Shown piece after piece: positions 27,463-36,347 of a stretch of DNA of 39,105 nt. Within the stretch, counting starts at the first letter, position 1; each line of letters opens with the position of its first letter. Source of the DNA: a virus (Duplodnaviria > Caudoviricetes); IMG/VR virus record IMGVR_UViG_3300034197_000036, positions 1 through 39,105 of that record; one strand, 5' to 3'. A model generated the notes under the pieces. The model did not search any database and was not told the DNA's origin. It saw only the letters and a program-made list of their open reading frames with translations. Made by a program: the position numbers and the translations under genes.

Positions 27463-28629
27463 ATGACGCTCCTGGTCGACCTCGGCCAGGTTCCGGCGGC
27501 GTGCTGCAATGACCATCTGGAAGACCTCGCTAAGGCGATAGCCGAAGGGCCGGGCGGCCATGACATCTGGGCGCCGTTGGAGAATCGGTTCGCCCGCTAT
27601 GTCTGTGAGCAATTCACGGCCCGTTTTTCTGCAATCCTCGGGGCGATGGAGGCGGCGCTTCGGCAGTTCATAGCTGGTGACACCTCCGGTCTGCAGAAGG
27701 CTGAAGTCCCCTGGTTGCGGTGGGACGAGGCGCGGTTTCAAGAGGTGCGGATGTACCTGGAGACGCGCGATCCCGCGGCCATGTCCATGGATGATTGGTC
27801 GCTTTTACTGGAATACCTCATCAACCGCTATCTTCCTCCGGGCGTGATTGAGCGGGAGGCCGACTTCCTTGCCGTGCGGGCTGTTTTGATGGGGAAGATC
27901 CAAGCGAACTTGGAGACAGACCACCGGCTCACGGACCCGATGTTGGAGACGTTGACCGCGCTCCTACCCACACGATTTGCCCACGTCCCGTTGCGCGTGC
28001 TGTCTCCTATTGAGATCGCCATATTGGAATACGGGCGGGCCCACGCTGCTGAGAACATCCGATCAGTCACGGAAAGCGCACGCCATCGCATGGCCACCAT
28101 CGTTCTGGAGCACACGCAAGCCGGGATCCTCGGACAACCCGGCGGCGGGTGGCAGTATGCCGAGACACGCTTGTTCGATGCGTATGGTGCGCTCAACCGG
28201 GACATGCGGCGCATCGCAGTCACGGAAAGCGGCGAGCTAACAAACCAGGGCTACATCGTCGCCTCTGGGACGGGAAAGCGCGTCAAGAGGGTGGAAGCCT
28301 ACCGGGGGGCCTGTGACTTCTGCGCGTCTATCAATGGAAAGATATTCACCATCGTCCCGGCGGATGCTCCTAACAAAGACGGAGCAACACAGATATGGCC
28401 CGGCAAGACCAACATCGGCCGGTCAGCATCACCCATGAAGCGGGTTGGAACCGCGCTGGTCGAGCGTGAGCCCCACGAGCTTTGGTGGCCCGCGTCCGGC
28501 GTGCAGCACCCCAACTGCAGAGGTGCGTGGATGCCAGTGACAGACCGGCCGCCCGCTGTCAGCCGGGAGTTCTTCGACCTCACACAGGACCTGCTGGATA
28601 GAGCAACGAAGGTGCGCCCGGCGGCCTAA
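27463..28629 (+). CDS. Head morphogenesis protein (MuF/SPP1 gp7-like)
   Basis: RRIAVTE, ACDFC and HPNCRG motifs. Confidence 0.85.
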   Translation: MTLLVDLGQVPAACCNDHLEDLAKAIAEGPGGHDIWAPLENRFARYVCEQFTARFSAILGAMEAALRQFIAGDTSGLQKAEVPWLRWDEARFQEVRMYLETRDPAAMSMDDWSLLLEYLINRYLPPGVIEREADFLAVRAVLMGKIQANLETDHRLTDPMLETLTALLPTRFAHVPLRVLSPIEIAILEYGRAHAAENIRSVTESARHRMATIVLEHTQAGILGQPGGGWQYAETRLFDAYGALNRDMRRIAVTESGELTNQGYIVASGTGKRVKRVEAYRGACDFCASINGKIFTIVPADAPNKDGATQIWPGKTNIGRSASPMKRVGTALVEREPHELWWPASGVQHPNCRGAWMPVTDRPPAVSREFFDLTQDLLDRATKVRPAA

Positions 28630-28716
28630 GCCACCGGGCGCTTGCTCGCCAAACCTAGCGCCTCCTGACGTTGCGACGCCATTCCTCGCCCCGCCTGCCA
28701 TGCCAAGTCACGCCCA

Positions 28717-28914
28717 TCACGCGCCGCCGTGACGCTTCAGAACAGCCTCCGCTGTGGACTTCCGGATCTGCTGCACCAGGTCGTAGCTCGCGCCTTCCAC
28801 CCCGTCTGGCAGATCGGCGAACGCGCGCTGTAGCTCGTGGAGGAATTCGTCGTTCATCGCCGCAAGCTGGTCGGCCGAGAGGCCCCAGGTGTTGTCTGTG
28901 GTGAATTCGCTCAT
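28717..28914 (-). CDS. Hypothetical protein
   Basis: AAGGAGG SD. Confidence 0.6.
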   Translation of the reverse strand: MSEFTTDNTWGLSADQLAAMNDEFLHELQRAFADLPDGVEGASYDLVQQIRKSTAEAVLKRHGGA

Positions 28915-29032
28915 CGTTCTTCCTCCTTATTGGAAAGCCCGCGCCGCAGTTTCCTGCCCTCGCAGTAGCTATTGGACGCCATCACCCCGAGGGCGACAGC
29001 CAGGATAACCAGTGGGAACCAAAGAATATCCA

Positions 29033-29248
29033 TCATCGTTCCTCCTTGTTGGCAGGCTGACTTTGGATAGGCCACAAGATCCACCGTATTGCGCGTTCAA
29101 AAGGCATATCCGATACCGCGCAGAGGAACATTGCGATCGGCAGTTTTATCATCCACAGCATGGCGGCGTAGAGCATAAACTGCAAAGTGAGCGAAGCGGC
29201 GAACGCACAGACAAGAAACGCAACTTCAAAGTAGGGTTCCACGGCCAC
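29033..29248 (-). CDS. Small membrane protein
   Basis: Hydrophobic; GGAGG SD. Confidence 0.45.
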   Translation of the reverse strand: MAVEPYFEVAFLVCAFAASLTLQFMLYAAMLWMIKLPIAMFLCAVSDMPFERAIRWILWPIQSQPANKEER

Positions 29249-29268
29249 ACAGCCTCCATACAGCAGGG

Positions 29269-29490
29269 CTACAGCACGAACGTAGCAACGGCGATCAGTG
29301 GGACGCTGCCGTTATAACCCGCTTCACTCCACCGTGCGCCGAAATAGCCGCATTCCCTGGCGGTCTTGTGCCATCCGGTAGTGCGGGCATCTACCGTGTA
29401 GCGTGGAGAACCCCAATCAAGCCGGGTGCGCACGTAATAAACGGCACCAGCGTTTTTGCCTTCCTTGACGATGCAGGGGGTAACTTTCAT
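29269..29490 (-). CDS. Hypothetical protein
   Basis: GGGAGA SD; first gene after the minus-strand promoter. Confidence 0.5.
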   Translation of the reverse strand: MKVTPCIVKEGKNAGAVYYVRTRLDWGSPRYTVDARTTGWHKTARECGYFGARWSEAGYNGSVPLIAVATFVL

Positions 29491-29521
29491 TTGGTATCTC
29501 CCGGTCTCTCTGTCTGCACCA

Positions 29522-29592
29522 CTTATACGCCCGCGCCGGAACCGCGTCAACCAAAATAACCACTTGCACCAGACGCGGGGATGTGCCATAAC
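29522..29592. promoter_or_regulatory. Back-to-back sigma70-type promoters
   Basis: Minus strand TTGACG(29550-45)-17-TATAAG(29527-22); plus strand TTGCAC(29564-69)-17-CATAAC(29587-92). Confidence 0.65.
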
Positions 29593-29615
29593 AATGGCGG
29601 AGACAGGAGCGCAAC

Positions 29616-29822
29616 ATGACGGACGAGCAGAGGGCAGAACTAGACGCATACATAGCTGCCAATCCACAGACGCCCCGCCAGAAGTCGTTTATTGAACGGG
29701 CTATGGATGGCGAACTGACAGCAGAAGAAAGTGCCGCGCATAGCGCCCGCAAAGCCAAGAGCCGCCGCCTCTATCAGTTTGGCAGCACGCCTCGGAGCCT
29801 TGACGGATCATGGGGGAGGTAA
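29616..29822 (+). CDS. Hypothetical protein
   Basis: AGGAG SD. Confidence 0.55.
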   Translation: MTDEQRAELDAYIAANPQTPRQKSFIERAMDGELTAEESAAHSARKAKSRRLYQFGSTPRSLDGSWGR

Positions 29823-30010
29823 TGTTTTCTGATGCCGAATGCAGTCTTTTATTGGACTGCCTCAAAATTGCGCGCGGCGCGTTGTTGTCGCAGCCTCTTT
29901 CAACGCTGACTGACGATCAGCGGGAGGCGGTTAAATCATATCTGATCGAAACAGTGAGGCAGATAGACCGCCTAAGCGTTCGTGTTTCCGACAGGGTCTA
30001 TGTGCGGTGA
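29822..30010 (+). CDS. Hypothetical protein
   Basis: GGAGG SD; TAATG coupling. Confidence 0.5.
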   Translation: MFSDAECSLLLDCLKIARGALLSQPLSTLTDDQREAVKSYLIETVRQIDRLSVRVSDRVYVR

Positions 30011-30186
30011 AGGACACAGCCCGTAAGTCCATCGACCTCCCCCTCTCCCTGTGGGAGCGGATCTCCGACTACCGGCACGCGCACAAAATGCGGTCTGAGC
30101 GTCAGGCGGTCGAAACGCTGCTTGAGGTGGCGCTTGAGGTGAAGGCGCCCGTAGTGGCCGCGCTGAAGCGGAAGGAGAAGCAGTGA
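30007..30186 (+). CDS. Ribbon-helix-helix-type regulator (59 aa)
   Basis: RKSIDLPLSLWERISDYR.....SERQAVETLLEVAL; paralogue of 17614-17919; translated manually. Confidence 0.65.
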   Translation: MKDTARKSIDLPLSLWERISDYRHAHKMRSERQAVETLLEVALEVKAPVVAALKRKEKQ

Positions 30187-30335
30187 TGACCGACCAGCCA
30201 ACAAAGACGGCGCCGGACCCGCGGGACCGCGCAATCGAACTTCTCGAAAACCGCGTAGAGGAACTTGAGACTGAATTGGACTACTGGCGCGCAAGGGTGG
30301 CGCGTGCTGCGGTGGAGGCAATCAATGGCGAGTGA
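30186..30335 (+). CDS. Short coiled-coil protein (49 aa)
   Basis: AAGGAG SD; LENRVEELETEL. Confidence 0.5.
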   Translation: MTDQPTKTAPDPRDRAIELLENRVEELETELDYWRARVARAAVEAINGE

Positions 30336-30582
30336 CCCAACAAAGACGACGATGGCCATATTTTACGACACTGAGGCCGACGCAGCACATATCGCTTTGC
30401 TGGGCGGGATCGGGCCGGGAGAGACAGTGCGGAATGTCCAGGCTTGTGACGGACTGATCAATCTCGACTTTAACGCAGCAGGGCAACTCATCGGGATCGA
30501 ACTGCTCGACATCGACATGCTGCACCCAGAATTGGCCAAGCACGCAATCCAGATGAGACCCATACAGGAAGGCGATCTGTAA
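30325..30582 (+). CDS. DUF2283-family protein
   Basis: YDTEADAAHI.L...INLDFNAAGQLIGIELL. Confidence 0.75.
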   Translation: MASDPTKTTMAIFYDTEADAAHIALLGGIGPGETVRNVQACDGLINLDFNAAGQLIGIELLDIDMLHPELAKHAIQMRPIQEGDL

Positions 30583-30585
30583 CCG

Positions 30586-30918
30586 ATGCTCCTCCCGAAG
30601 CCTGAGCGCATCCGCGCGCCAAGGCACCTCAAATGGCTCAAGACGTTGCCATGCTCTGTCCCGCTGTGCCAGCGGACAGATGTCCAGGCCCATCACCTGA
30701 CATGCGCGCAACCGAAGGCGCGGGGACTGACGGCGGGAGACCAGTTCGCCGTACCGTTGTGTTTCGTCCACCACGATCCGAGGTCATCTGCCAGCGTCCA
30801 CTTCGCCGGGGCGGAGCGGGTATGGTGGGAACGCCATCGTGTGGACCCGATCGCGCTGGCGGAGCGCCTATGGGCGGAAAGCCCGTCGCTGTGGGCACAC
30901 AAAAAGACTGCCCGATGA
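30586..30918 (+). CDS. DUF968/HNH-like zinc-binding protein
   Basis: HL.W...LPC...C.....AHH......D..AVPLC..HH. Confidence 0.75.
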   Translation: MLLPKPERIRAPRHLKWLKTLPCSVPLCQRTDVQAHHLTCAQPKARGLTAGDQFAVPLCFVHHDPRSSASVHFAGAERVWWERHRVDPIALAERLWAESPSLWAHKKTAR

Positions 30919-31766
30919 TCCACTACCATGGCACGCCAATCACGCCGATGACCGCGCTCTATGAACTGCGGGGCAGAAATTTCTGCGTCTCGCACATGGC
31001 GCCGCGGGATGTGAAACGCTGCCACGATATCGGCCAGTCTGTGATGCTAGATAACGGTGCTTTCAGCAAATGGAAGTCGGGCAAGGCCACGGACTGGCCG
31101 GCATTCTATGCTTGGTGCGATCGCTGGCTTGATTACCCGACGACGTGGGCAATCCCGCCTGACGTGATCGACGCGCCATCGCAAGAGCAAGACGGACTGT
31201 TGAACGAGTGGCCGCACGGCAAGCGTATGAAAGTCCTCGTTTGTCTGAGTGGCGGCATCGATAGCGCCTTGGTGCTCGACATGATGCTGGAGCATGAGGT
31301 TGTAGCAGTCGGTTTTAACTACGGTCAGCCCCATGCGATTGAACTTCAATGCGCTCGGCGGGTGGCTGAAGTGGCCGGCGTGAAGTTTCACGAAATGAAA
31401 CTCAACCTGATTCCGCTGGTCGATGAAGTGGTGTTCGCCGGCCGTAACATGGTGCTTGCCGCACAGGCGATCTCCATTGCCGCTGCGGTTGGGTGCGATG
31501 CTGTGGCGTTCGGTTGTAACCAATCGGACTGGGGACGCTTCCCCGATTGCCGGCCGGCGTTCTGGAAGGGGATCAACGCGGCGGCAGGAGCCTATGGCGT
31601 GTCTGTGCTGCTGCCTCTGCTGCACATGACCAAGGCGCAAGTCGTTACTGAGGCCAAGGCCCGCGGCCTGGACATCGCCGGCACATGGTCCTGCTACAGC
31701 CCACAGGACGGGCGCCCGTGCGGCAAGTGCTTGGCGTGCGAGACGCGGACTGCGGCGGGCGCTTAA
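30915..31766 (+). CDS. queC: In-frame fusion: N-terminal half of a DpdA/TGT-like protein (30915-31226) + QueC (31227-31766)
   Basis: MIHYHGTPI..MLDNGAFS.W..PDVI; then LSGGIDS, YGQ.H..E, GRN, PDCRP.F, TKAQV, TWSCY, CGKCLAC. Confidence 0.85.
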   Translation: MIHYHGTPITPMTALYELRGRNFCVSHMAPRDVKRCHDIGQSVMLDNGAFSKWKSGKATDWPAFYAWCDRWLDYPTTWAIPPDVIDAPSQEQDGLLNEWPHGKRMKVLVCLSGGIDSALVLDMMLEHEVVAVGFNYGQPHAIELQCARRVAEVAGVKFHEMKLNLIPLVDEVVFAGRNMVLAAQAISIAAAVGCDAVAFGCNQSDWGRFPDCRPAFWKGINAAAGAYGVSVLLPLLHMTKAQVVTEAKARGLDIAGTWSCYSPQDGRPCGKCLACETRTAAGA

Positions 31767-31794
31767 CCTTATCTAACCAACAAGGAAACCGTAG

Positions 31795-32358
31795 ATGACT
31801 AATCCGATGCGCGCGGGACTTTTCTCTGCCTATCTTGCCTGCGTGCCGATGGCTAATTGGATGATAGGCCACGTGGGAATTGTCTGCATTCCGCAGGGGC
31901 CATGCCTAGTTCCCGTAGGCTTTGGCCTTATGGCGCCGTCAGGCGTTCTGGTGATTGGCGCCGCTCTCGTGCTTCGGGACATGGTGCAGCGCGCATGTGG
32001 CGTAGCATGGGCGCTGCTGGCGGTCGTGGTTGGATCTGCGCTGTCCTGGCTTGTGGCCGATCCGTTCATTGCGTTGGCATCCGCCGCGGCATTCCTGGTC
32101 TCTGAACTTGCTGACTGTGCAGTCTATACGCCGCTTCAGCGCCGTGGCTTGATATGGGCTGTGCTAGCATCCGGCTTCGTTGGCGCAGCGGTTGATAGTG
32201 TCGCGTTCCTATGGTTGGCGTTTGGGTCGCTTGATTTCCTCGCAGGGCAGATTGTCGGCAAAGTCTGGGCGGTTCTGGTTGCCGTGACGGTGATCTCCGC
32301 AGCGCGTCGTATTCAGTCTGCCAGGTCTAAGCCTGCACTGCTGGGGAAATCACGATGA
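31795..32358 (+). CDS. yhhQ: VUT/YhhQ-family queuosine-precursor transporter
   Basis: G...IG.ALVLRD.VQ, ALAS.AAFLVSELAD..VY..L, S..VGA.VDS..FL.LAFG; multi-TM; adjacent to queC. Confidence 0.85.
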   Translation: MTNPMRAGLFSAYLACVPMANWMIGHVGIVCIPQGPCLVPVGFGLMAPSGVLVIGAALVLRDMVQRACGVAWALLAVVVGSALSWLVADPFIALASAAAFLVSELADCAVYTPLQRRGLIWAVLASGFVGAAVDSVAFLWLAFGSLDFLAGQIVGKVWAVLVAVTVISAARRIQSARSKPALLGKSR

Positions 32359-32657
32359 TAGAGTTTGTTGCTTCGGTATTAGGTAGCGCCTGTTGGATGG
32401 TGCTGGCCGTTGCTTTCATCATCATGTTTGGCGCGGACTGGCCGTTCGTCGGGGCCATGCTCTACGGTCTGATTATCCCGGCAGGCATGGTTGCAGGCTG
32501 GCTTGCTACCGAGGTTTGGGACTTACCCGGCTACTGCCTTCGCATAGTTCGCAGCCCAGTCCGCTGGCCTTGGCTTTCCCGGGCGCCACACTCGGATGTA
32601 GTAATCCCACGCCGCGTCCGCGTCACCGACCTGCGGCAGTGGCGCCGGGTCCGGTAG
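32355..32657 (+). CDS. Possible membrane protein overlapping the lysin 3' end
   Basis: ATGA coupling and two hydrophobic segments, but a 135-bp convergent overlap. Confidence 0.35.
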   Translation: MIEFVASVLGSACWMVLAVAFIIMFGADWPFVGAMLYGLIIPAGMVAGWLATEVWDLPGYCLRIVRSPVRWPWLSRAPHSDVVIPRRVRVTDLRQWRRVR

Positions 32658-32996
32658 CAGCAACAACCTGGCGCATCCCGCCGCGGCGATGTCATGGAAT
32701 TCGATCGCGTCGAACAGGCGCGCGGGGTCAATGGCGAGGTCCGTCAGCAGTATGCGGAGCCTGCGTTGTGTCGTCCCGTTGTTCTTTAGGAGCGTGAGCG
32801 TCGGCGCTTCAAACTGCCAGAACGAGCGGGCGGGCCCGCCTCCGGCCTGCCGTCTCCATCGAAGGTCACTCTCCTGCAGCGCGATTGCCGTTAGCAACAC
32901 GAGCGCCTTGTTGCCTGGATCTGGAAGTCGCGTGTCCCGTCCCAGCAGCGCCAGGGCTGGCTCAATCGCAAAAGCGGCAAGGTCGGCTGGGGTCAC
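32523..32996 (-). CDS. Lysozyme-like endolysin
   Basis: AIALQES....RQ..GGPARSFWQFE...ARLLL..DP.PLP...W.YY.R.WRPGKP. Confidence 0.75.
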   Translation of the reverse strand: MTPADLAAFAIEPALALLGRDTRLPDPGNKALVLLTAIALQESDLRWRRQAGGGPARSFWQFEAPTLTLLKNNGTTQRRLRILLTDLAIDPARLFDAIEFHDIAAAGCARLLLLPDPAPLPQVGDADAAWDYYIRVWRPGKPRPADWAANYAKAVAG

Positions 32997-34452
32997 TCCT
33001 TGGTTCCTTCCATCATTTGGATGCGCCGACCGATCCAGGCCATGACCGGAACCGCCATGCTATTGCCGAGGGCTCGGTACTTGTTCCCATCCGCGGCGGG
33101 CTTTCCGCGATAGGTGATGTCTAGGTAGTCGTCAGGAAATCCCTGAAGTCGGCAGCACTCCCGTGGGGTCAGGCGGCGGACTGCGGATGTAGACACATAC
33201 GTTTGCTGCTTCATGCCGGGTTCAGACGCCAACGCACCGGCCACATTCATCATCCGTACTTCGTCTCGCTGGTTCTGGGCGAAAGCCACGGCGCTCTGCG
33301 CATGTCCATCCGTTGTAAGCGTTGGAACCGCCTCCGTCTCCAGCGTCACCATTGCGGTATGCGCTGACTTCCGGCCCGCCGGGCGCCCCTTGTTCACATG
33401 CAGAAACGTCGCCACCAGCGGCGTCCCGCGTCCCGTCCCGTCCTCGCTGGCGTCGAACCCGTCGGCGCGGAGGGCAAGGCGCGCTTTGTAGTCCCGACCG
33501 CTATTCTGCGGCATGATAGAATACATCTCAGTGACGAATGTCTCGCTCTCAAAGTCCAGCCGCCCATGCGGGCCTCCATGGGCGTTGACCGCTGTTGCTA
33601 CGTCAATCGGTCCGGCGGTGTTGTTGCCGCCGGAGGCGACCGGGATATAGGTCTCCAGGTCGGCAGCGTGGGCGATAGGGTGGAGAACGACAGGTCGTTC
33701 AGCCGCGCCTCGCGCACCAGGGCCTTTTCCATAATTCGCGTCCAATCCGCAGATGACATCGCCGCCTAAATGCGTATCCAGGGGGAGCTGCATGGGGCGT
33801 GCAATCAGTCCTCCGTCGCAGTCGAAGTCGGTTCCGAGGCCGCCGCCCCCTCTAGTGCGCGCTGCAATTGTGGGGGCAAGGTCTTTCCCCTTTTGGCGGC
33901 TCGGCGCAGGATGCCCGCGCAGGCTTTCCGGCTCAAAAAGAACCGCTGCGGCACGTCTCCAGTCTCCAAGATATCCGACAACGAACACACGCTTCCGGCG
34001 CTGGGCCAGTCCGAAGTACTGAGCGTCAAGCACTCTGTAGGCGAACCCATACCCGAGTTCGCCCACCCCCCGAGGAAGGAACCAAAGTCCCGTCCGCCTC
34101 CTGACGACAGGACACCGGGGACGTTCTCCCAAACAATCCAGCGGGGGCGCAGTCGTTCAGCCAGCCGTAGATACTCAAGGGCGAGGTTGCCGCGCTCGTC
34201 TGCCAATCCTCCGCGCAGTCCTGCGACCGAGAAAGACTGGCAGGGGGTTCCACCCACAAGAATGTCAATTGGTTCATAGTCCCCATCCTTGATGGTGGTG
34301 AAGTCTCCATGACAAGGCACGCTTGGGTAATGATGCCGTAACACCGCCCTTGGGAAAGCATCAATCTCGGATAGGAATGCAGCGCGCCATCCAAGCGGGT
34401 GCCACGCTACTGAAGCCGCCTCTATGCCGCTGCACACGCTGCCGTAGATCAC
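32993..34452 (-). pseudogene. C5-cytosine DNA methyltransferase (alpha chain), frameshifted at a G6 tract (34066-34071)
   Basis: Motifs I (CSGIE), IV (GGTPCQSFS) and VI (ENV) lie in one frame; VIII (QRRKRVF) and X (RLTPREC.RLQGFP, GNS) lie in another; adding one base joins them. Confidence 0.85.
33805..34277 (-). pseudogene. Overlapping alternative-frame beta chain of the C5 MTase (M.EcoHK31I-beta-like), split by the same frameshift
   Basis: MNQLTFLW...PSSGG | WANSGM...CSLSDILE...FFLS.KAC.GILRRA..RGK.LP..L..AL. Confidence 0.7.
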
Positions 34453-34461
34453 CTCTCTCTC

Positions 34462-34875
34462 CTACTTCGTGGGCGGTATCAGCCAATGGTAGCAGATTCG
34501 CCCGCCCTGCTGGTCAACGCACCGTAGCGCCGGGGCTGTGAACATTCCGCCGGCAAACCCTATTCCTCCTATCGCCACAGCGGCCACAACGGACGCAAGA
34601 ATGTGCCACCTATTCAGCAGGGCATACTGGCGGAGCAGGAGCGCGCCCATCTGGCGGACAGCGCCAGCCTGCATCTGCTTTAGCTGCGCCTCCGTGATTG
34701 GGTACAGGGTTCCACGTAGCGCCTCTGCCACCTCTGCCATTGCGTCGACCACGGCGACCTGTGCCTCAATGACAGGGACAAGCGGGTCGCCCTGTGCGGT
34801 TGACGCTTTCAAGGCCATTGCCAACTTGGCACGGGCTGCGCCTATCTCCGTGACGGCGCGGTCTACGGCAGCCAT
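34462..34875 (-). CDS. StbC/TraM/MobE-like membrane-anchored protein
   Basis: Third gene of the oriT-adjacent operon; C-terminal TM; assignment is positional. Confidence 0.5.
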   Translation of the reverse strand: MAAVDRAVTEIGAARAKLAMALKASTAQGDPLVPVIEAQVAVVDAMAEVAEALRGTLYPITEAQLKQMQAGAVRQMGALLLRQYALLNRWHILASVVAAVAIGGIGFAGGMFTAPALRCVDQQGGRICYHWLIPPTK

Positions 34876-35723
34876 GACGCGATCGGCTTCAGGTTGGTTT
34901 CCATGTCCGCAAGCCAGCGGGTGACGCGGGACCGGTCGAATACGTCCATCGGTACAACCTTCACGCCGGCGGGCGCCGTCCCTGCCGCGGCCTGGGCGAA
35001 CGTCAATTGCCGAAGCTCTACACCCTGCGCTGGTAGCAACCGGGGGATGGTTAGCACGACTGCGCCGCGGTCTACGGCTCCTCGGAACACGCTATGCCGA
35101 CGGGTCGGCGCCCACACGACGTCCGCAAACACGGTCGGGTCCACCCGCCCCTCGTTCAGCAGTAGTGCCGTAGCGGGGGGCTGGAACCCTGCGTGTTCTA
35201 GTGTGTCCAGCGCCGACAGATCGGACGTCCGCGGGGACAGGACATAAATCGCCACGGGTTCCACGCCAGAGGACTGCAGCACAGTCACTAGGTCAGGGGT
35301 TGCGGCGACCAGTCGGCTAAGGGCTGTATCCCCTCCTCCGAGGTCAATGACGGCTGTCGCCTTCTGTGCCATCACATGGCCAATGAAGCGTTCAAGCCAG
35401 GACAGCACCGCGCCAGGGTCGAAGTTCGGCGGCTCGTAGACGCCGTCGAAGTAGTGCCCCAACTCCCTGTTCTCGGGGTCAATGGCAGCAAGGAGAACAT
35501 CGCTTCCGGTGGTCGCCGCTTGCTCCGCAAGGTAGCGGGCCAAGGTGGTCTTGCCCGTGTTCCCTGCCCCGATCAGGAACAGCAGTTTTGGCTTGTTGGA
35601 TAGGTCCATTGCCGTCGGCATATCGGCCGTGACGTTGGCGACAGTCGCGCGCCGACCTACGGGCACCTCGTCTGCCACGGGCAGGACGGACTCAAATAAG
35701 GGGACAACTTTCTCACGCGGCAT
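34863..35723 (-). CDS. StbB/TraL/MobD-like P-loop ATPase
   Basis: GAGNTGKT Walker A; VIDLGGG. Confidence 0.7.
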   Translation of the reverse strand: MPREKVVPLFESVLPVADEVPVGRRATVANVTADMPTAMDLSNKPKLLFLIGAGNTGKTTLARYLAEQAATTGSDVLLAAIDPENRELGHYFDGVYEPPNFDPGAVLSWLERFIGHVMAQKATAVIDLGGGDTALSRLVAATPDLVTVLQSSGVEPVAIYVLSPRTSDLSALDTLEHAGFQPPATALLLNEGRVDPTVFADVVWAPTRRHSVFRGAVDRGAVVLTIPRLLPAQGVELRQLTFAQAAAGTAPAGVKVVPMDVFDRSRVTRWLADMETNLKPIASWLP

Positions 35724-35970
35724 TGGCGTTTCCATCGAGTTTGGCGAGGGCTGTGCGGGCGATATATCCAGCAGCGTAGAAGCCCCCGCTACCGCCAACG
35801 GTCTTGTTAAGGTGGCTTATCTGACGCAACGCTTCCACAACTTCCGCATACGGCGACACTGCCAGCGCGGCTTCAAGTCCCTCCTTAAATTGGTACACAC
35901 AGTCCCCCGGCACACCTCCAACGCGCCTATCGAAGGCTTTCCACATCTCATCCGTCACTGTCATTCTCAC
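35713..35970 (-). CDS. Phage-like hypothetical protein inserted in the stb-like operon
   Basis: VTDEM..A, EALRQI...IARTAL patterns; coupled at both ends. Confidence 0.55.
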   Translation of the reverse strand: MRMTVTDEMWKAFDRRVGGVPGDCVYQFKEGLEAALAVSPYAEVVEALRQISHLNKTVGGSGGFYAAGYIARTALAKLDGNANAA

Positions 35971-36347
35971 GTCCTTATCTTCACTGGGGTATGGGTAAAC
36001 TCAGTAGGCACCTCATCCCTGGGTTCAGCGCGGGGGATCGGAGGGGCTGGCTGCGGCCTTGACCTGGCCGGCTGTGACTTTCGCTTGCGCGCGACGTCAG
36101 CCTCAAGCCTCGTCCACGACGAGCGGACAGCAGCAGGGGACGGTCTCTCACCGTCAGAGTTCAGCACACCACCGTCACCGAGGTATTTTGCCAAAGCCTT
36201 CCATTTTGGAGGCTCGCTCTTGAAGGCTTCGGCCAGCGCGTCATACCGCGCCTCAAGCCAACCATAAATGGGACTGCGATTGCGCGGGCCTCGGGTCACC
36301 GACCGCATGGCGGCCAAGGCTCCCGCAACGTCGGGCGGCTTGCTCAT
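35967..36347 (-). CDS. StbA/TraK/MobC-like DNA-binding protein
   Basis: First gene beside oriT; RSPIY.WL...W..LA..L...G....G..P....VR..W.R; Pro-rich tail. Confidence 0.55.
   Translation of the reverse strand: MSKPPDVAGALAAMRSVTRGPRNRSPIYGWLEARYDALAEAFKSEPPKWKALAKYLGDGGVLNSDGERPSPAAVRSSWTRLEADVARKRKSQPARSRPQPAPPIPRAEPRDEVPTEFTHTPVKIRT

Noticed and set aside
19991-28629. Major capsid protein or prohead protease in the head module
   Set aside because: No ORF with recognisable HK97-fold or protease motifs; presumably outside the window
30325-30582. DUF2283 as half of a toxin-antitoxin pair
   Set aside because: No adjacent RNase-like toxin; the only candidate (37007-37336) is more than 6 kb away
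30633-30914. N-terminal extension of the DpdA-QueC ORF in the track
   Set aside because: Overlaps the DUF968 gene; the ATGA-coupled start at 30915 gives the family-like MIHYHG N-terminus
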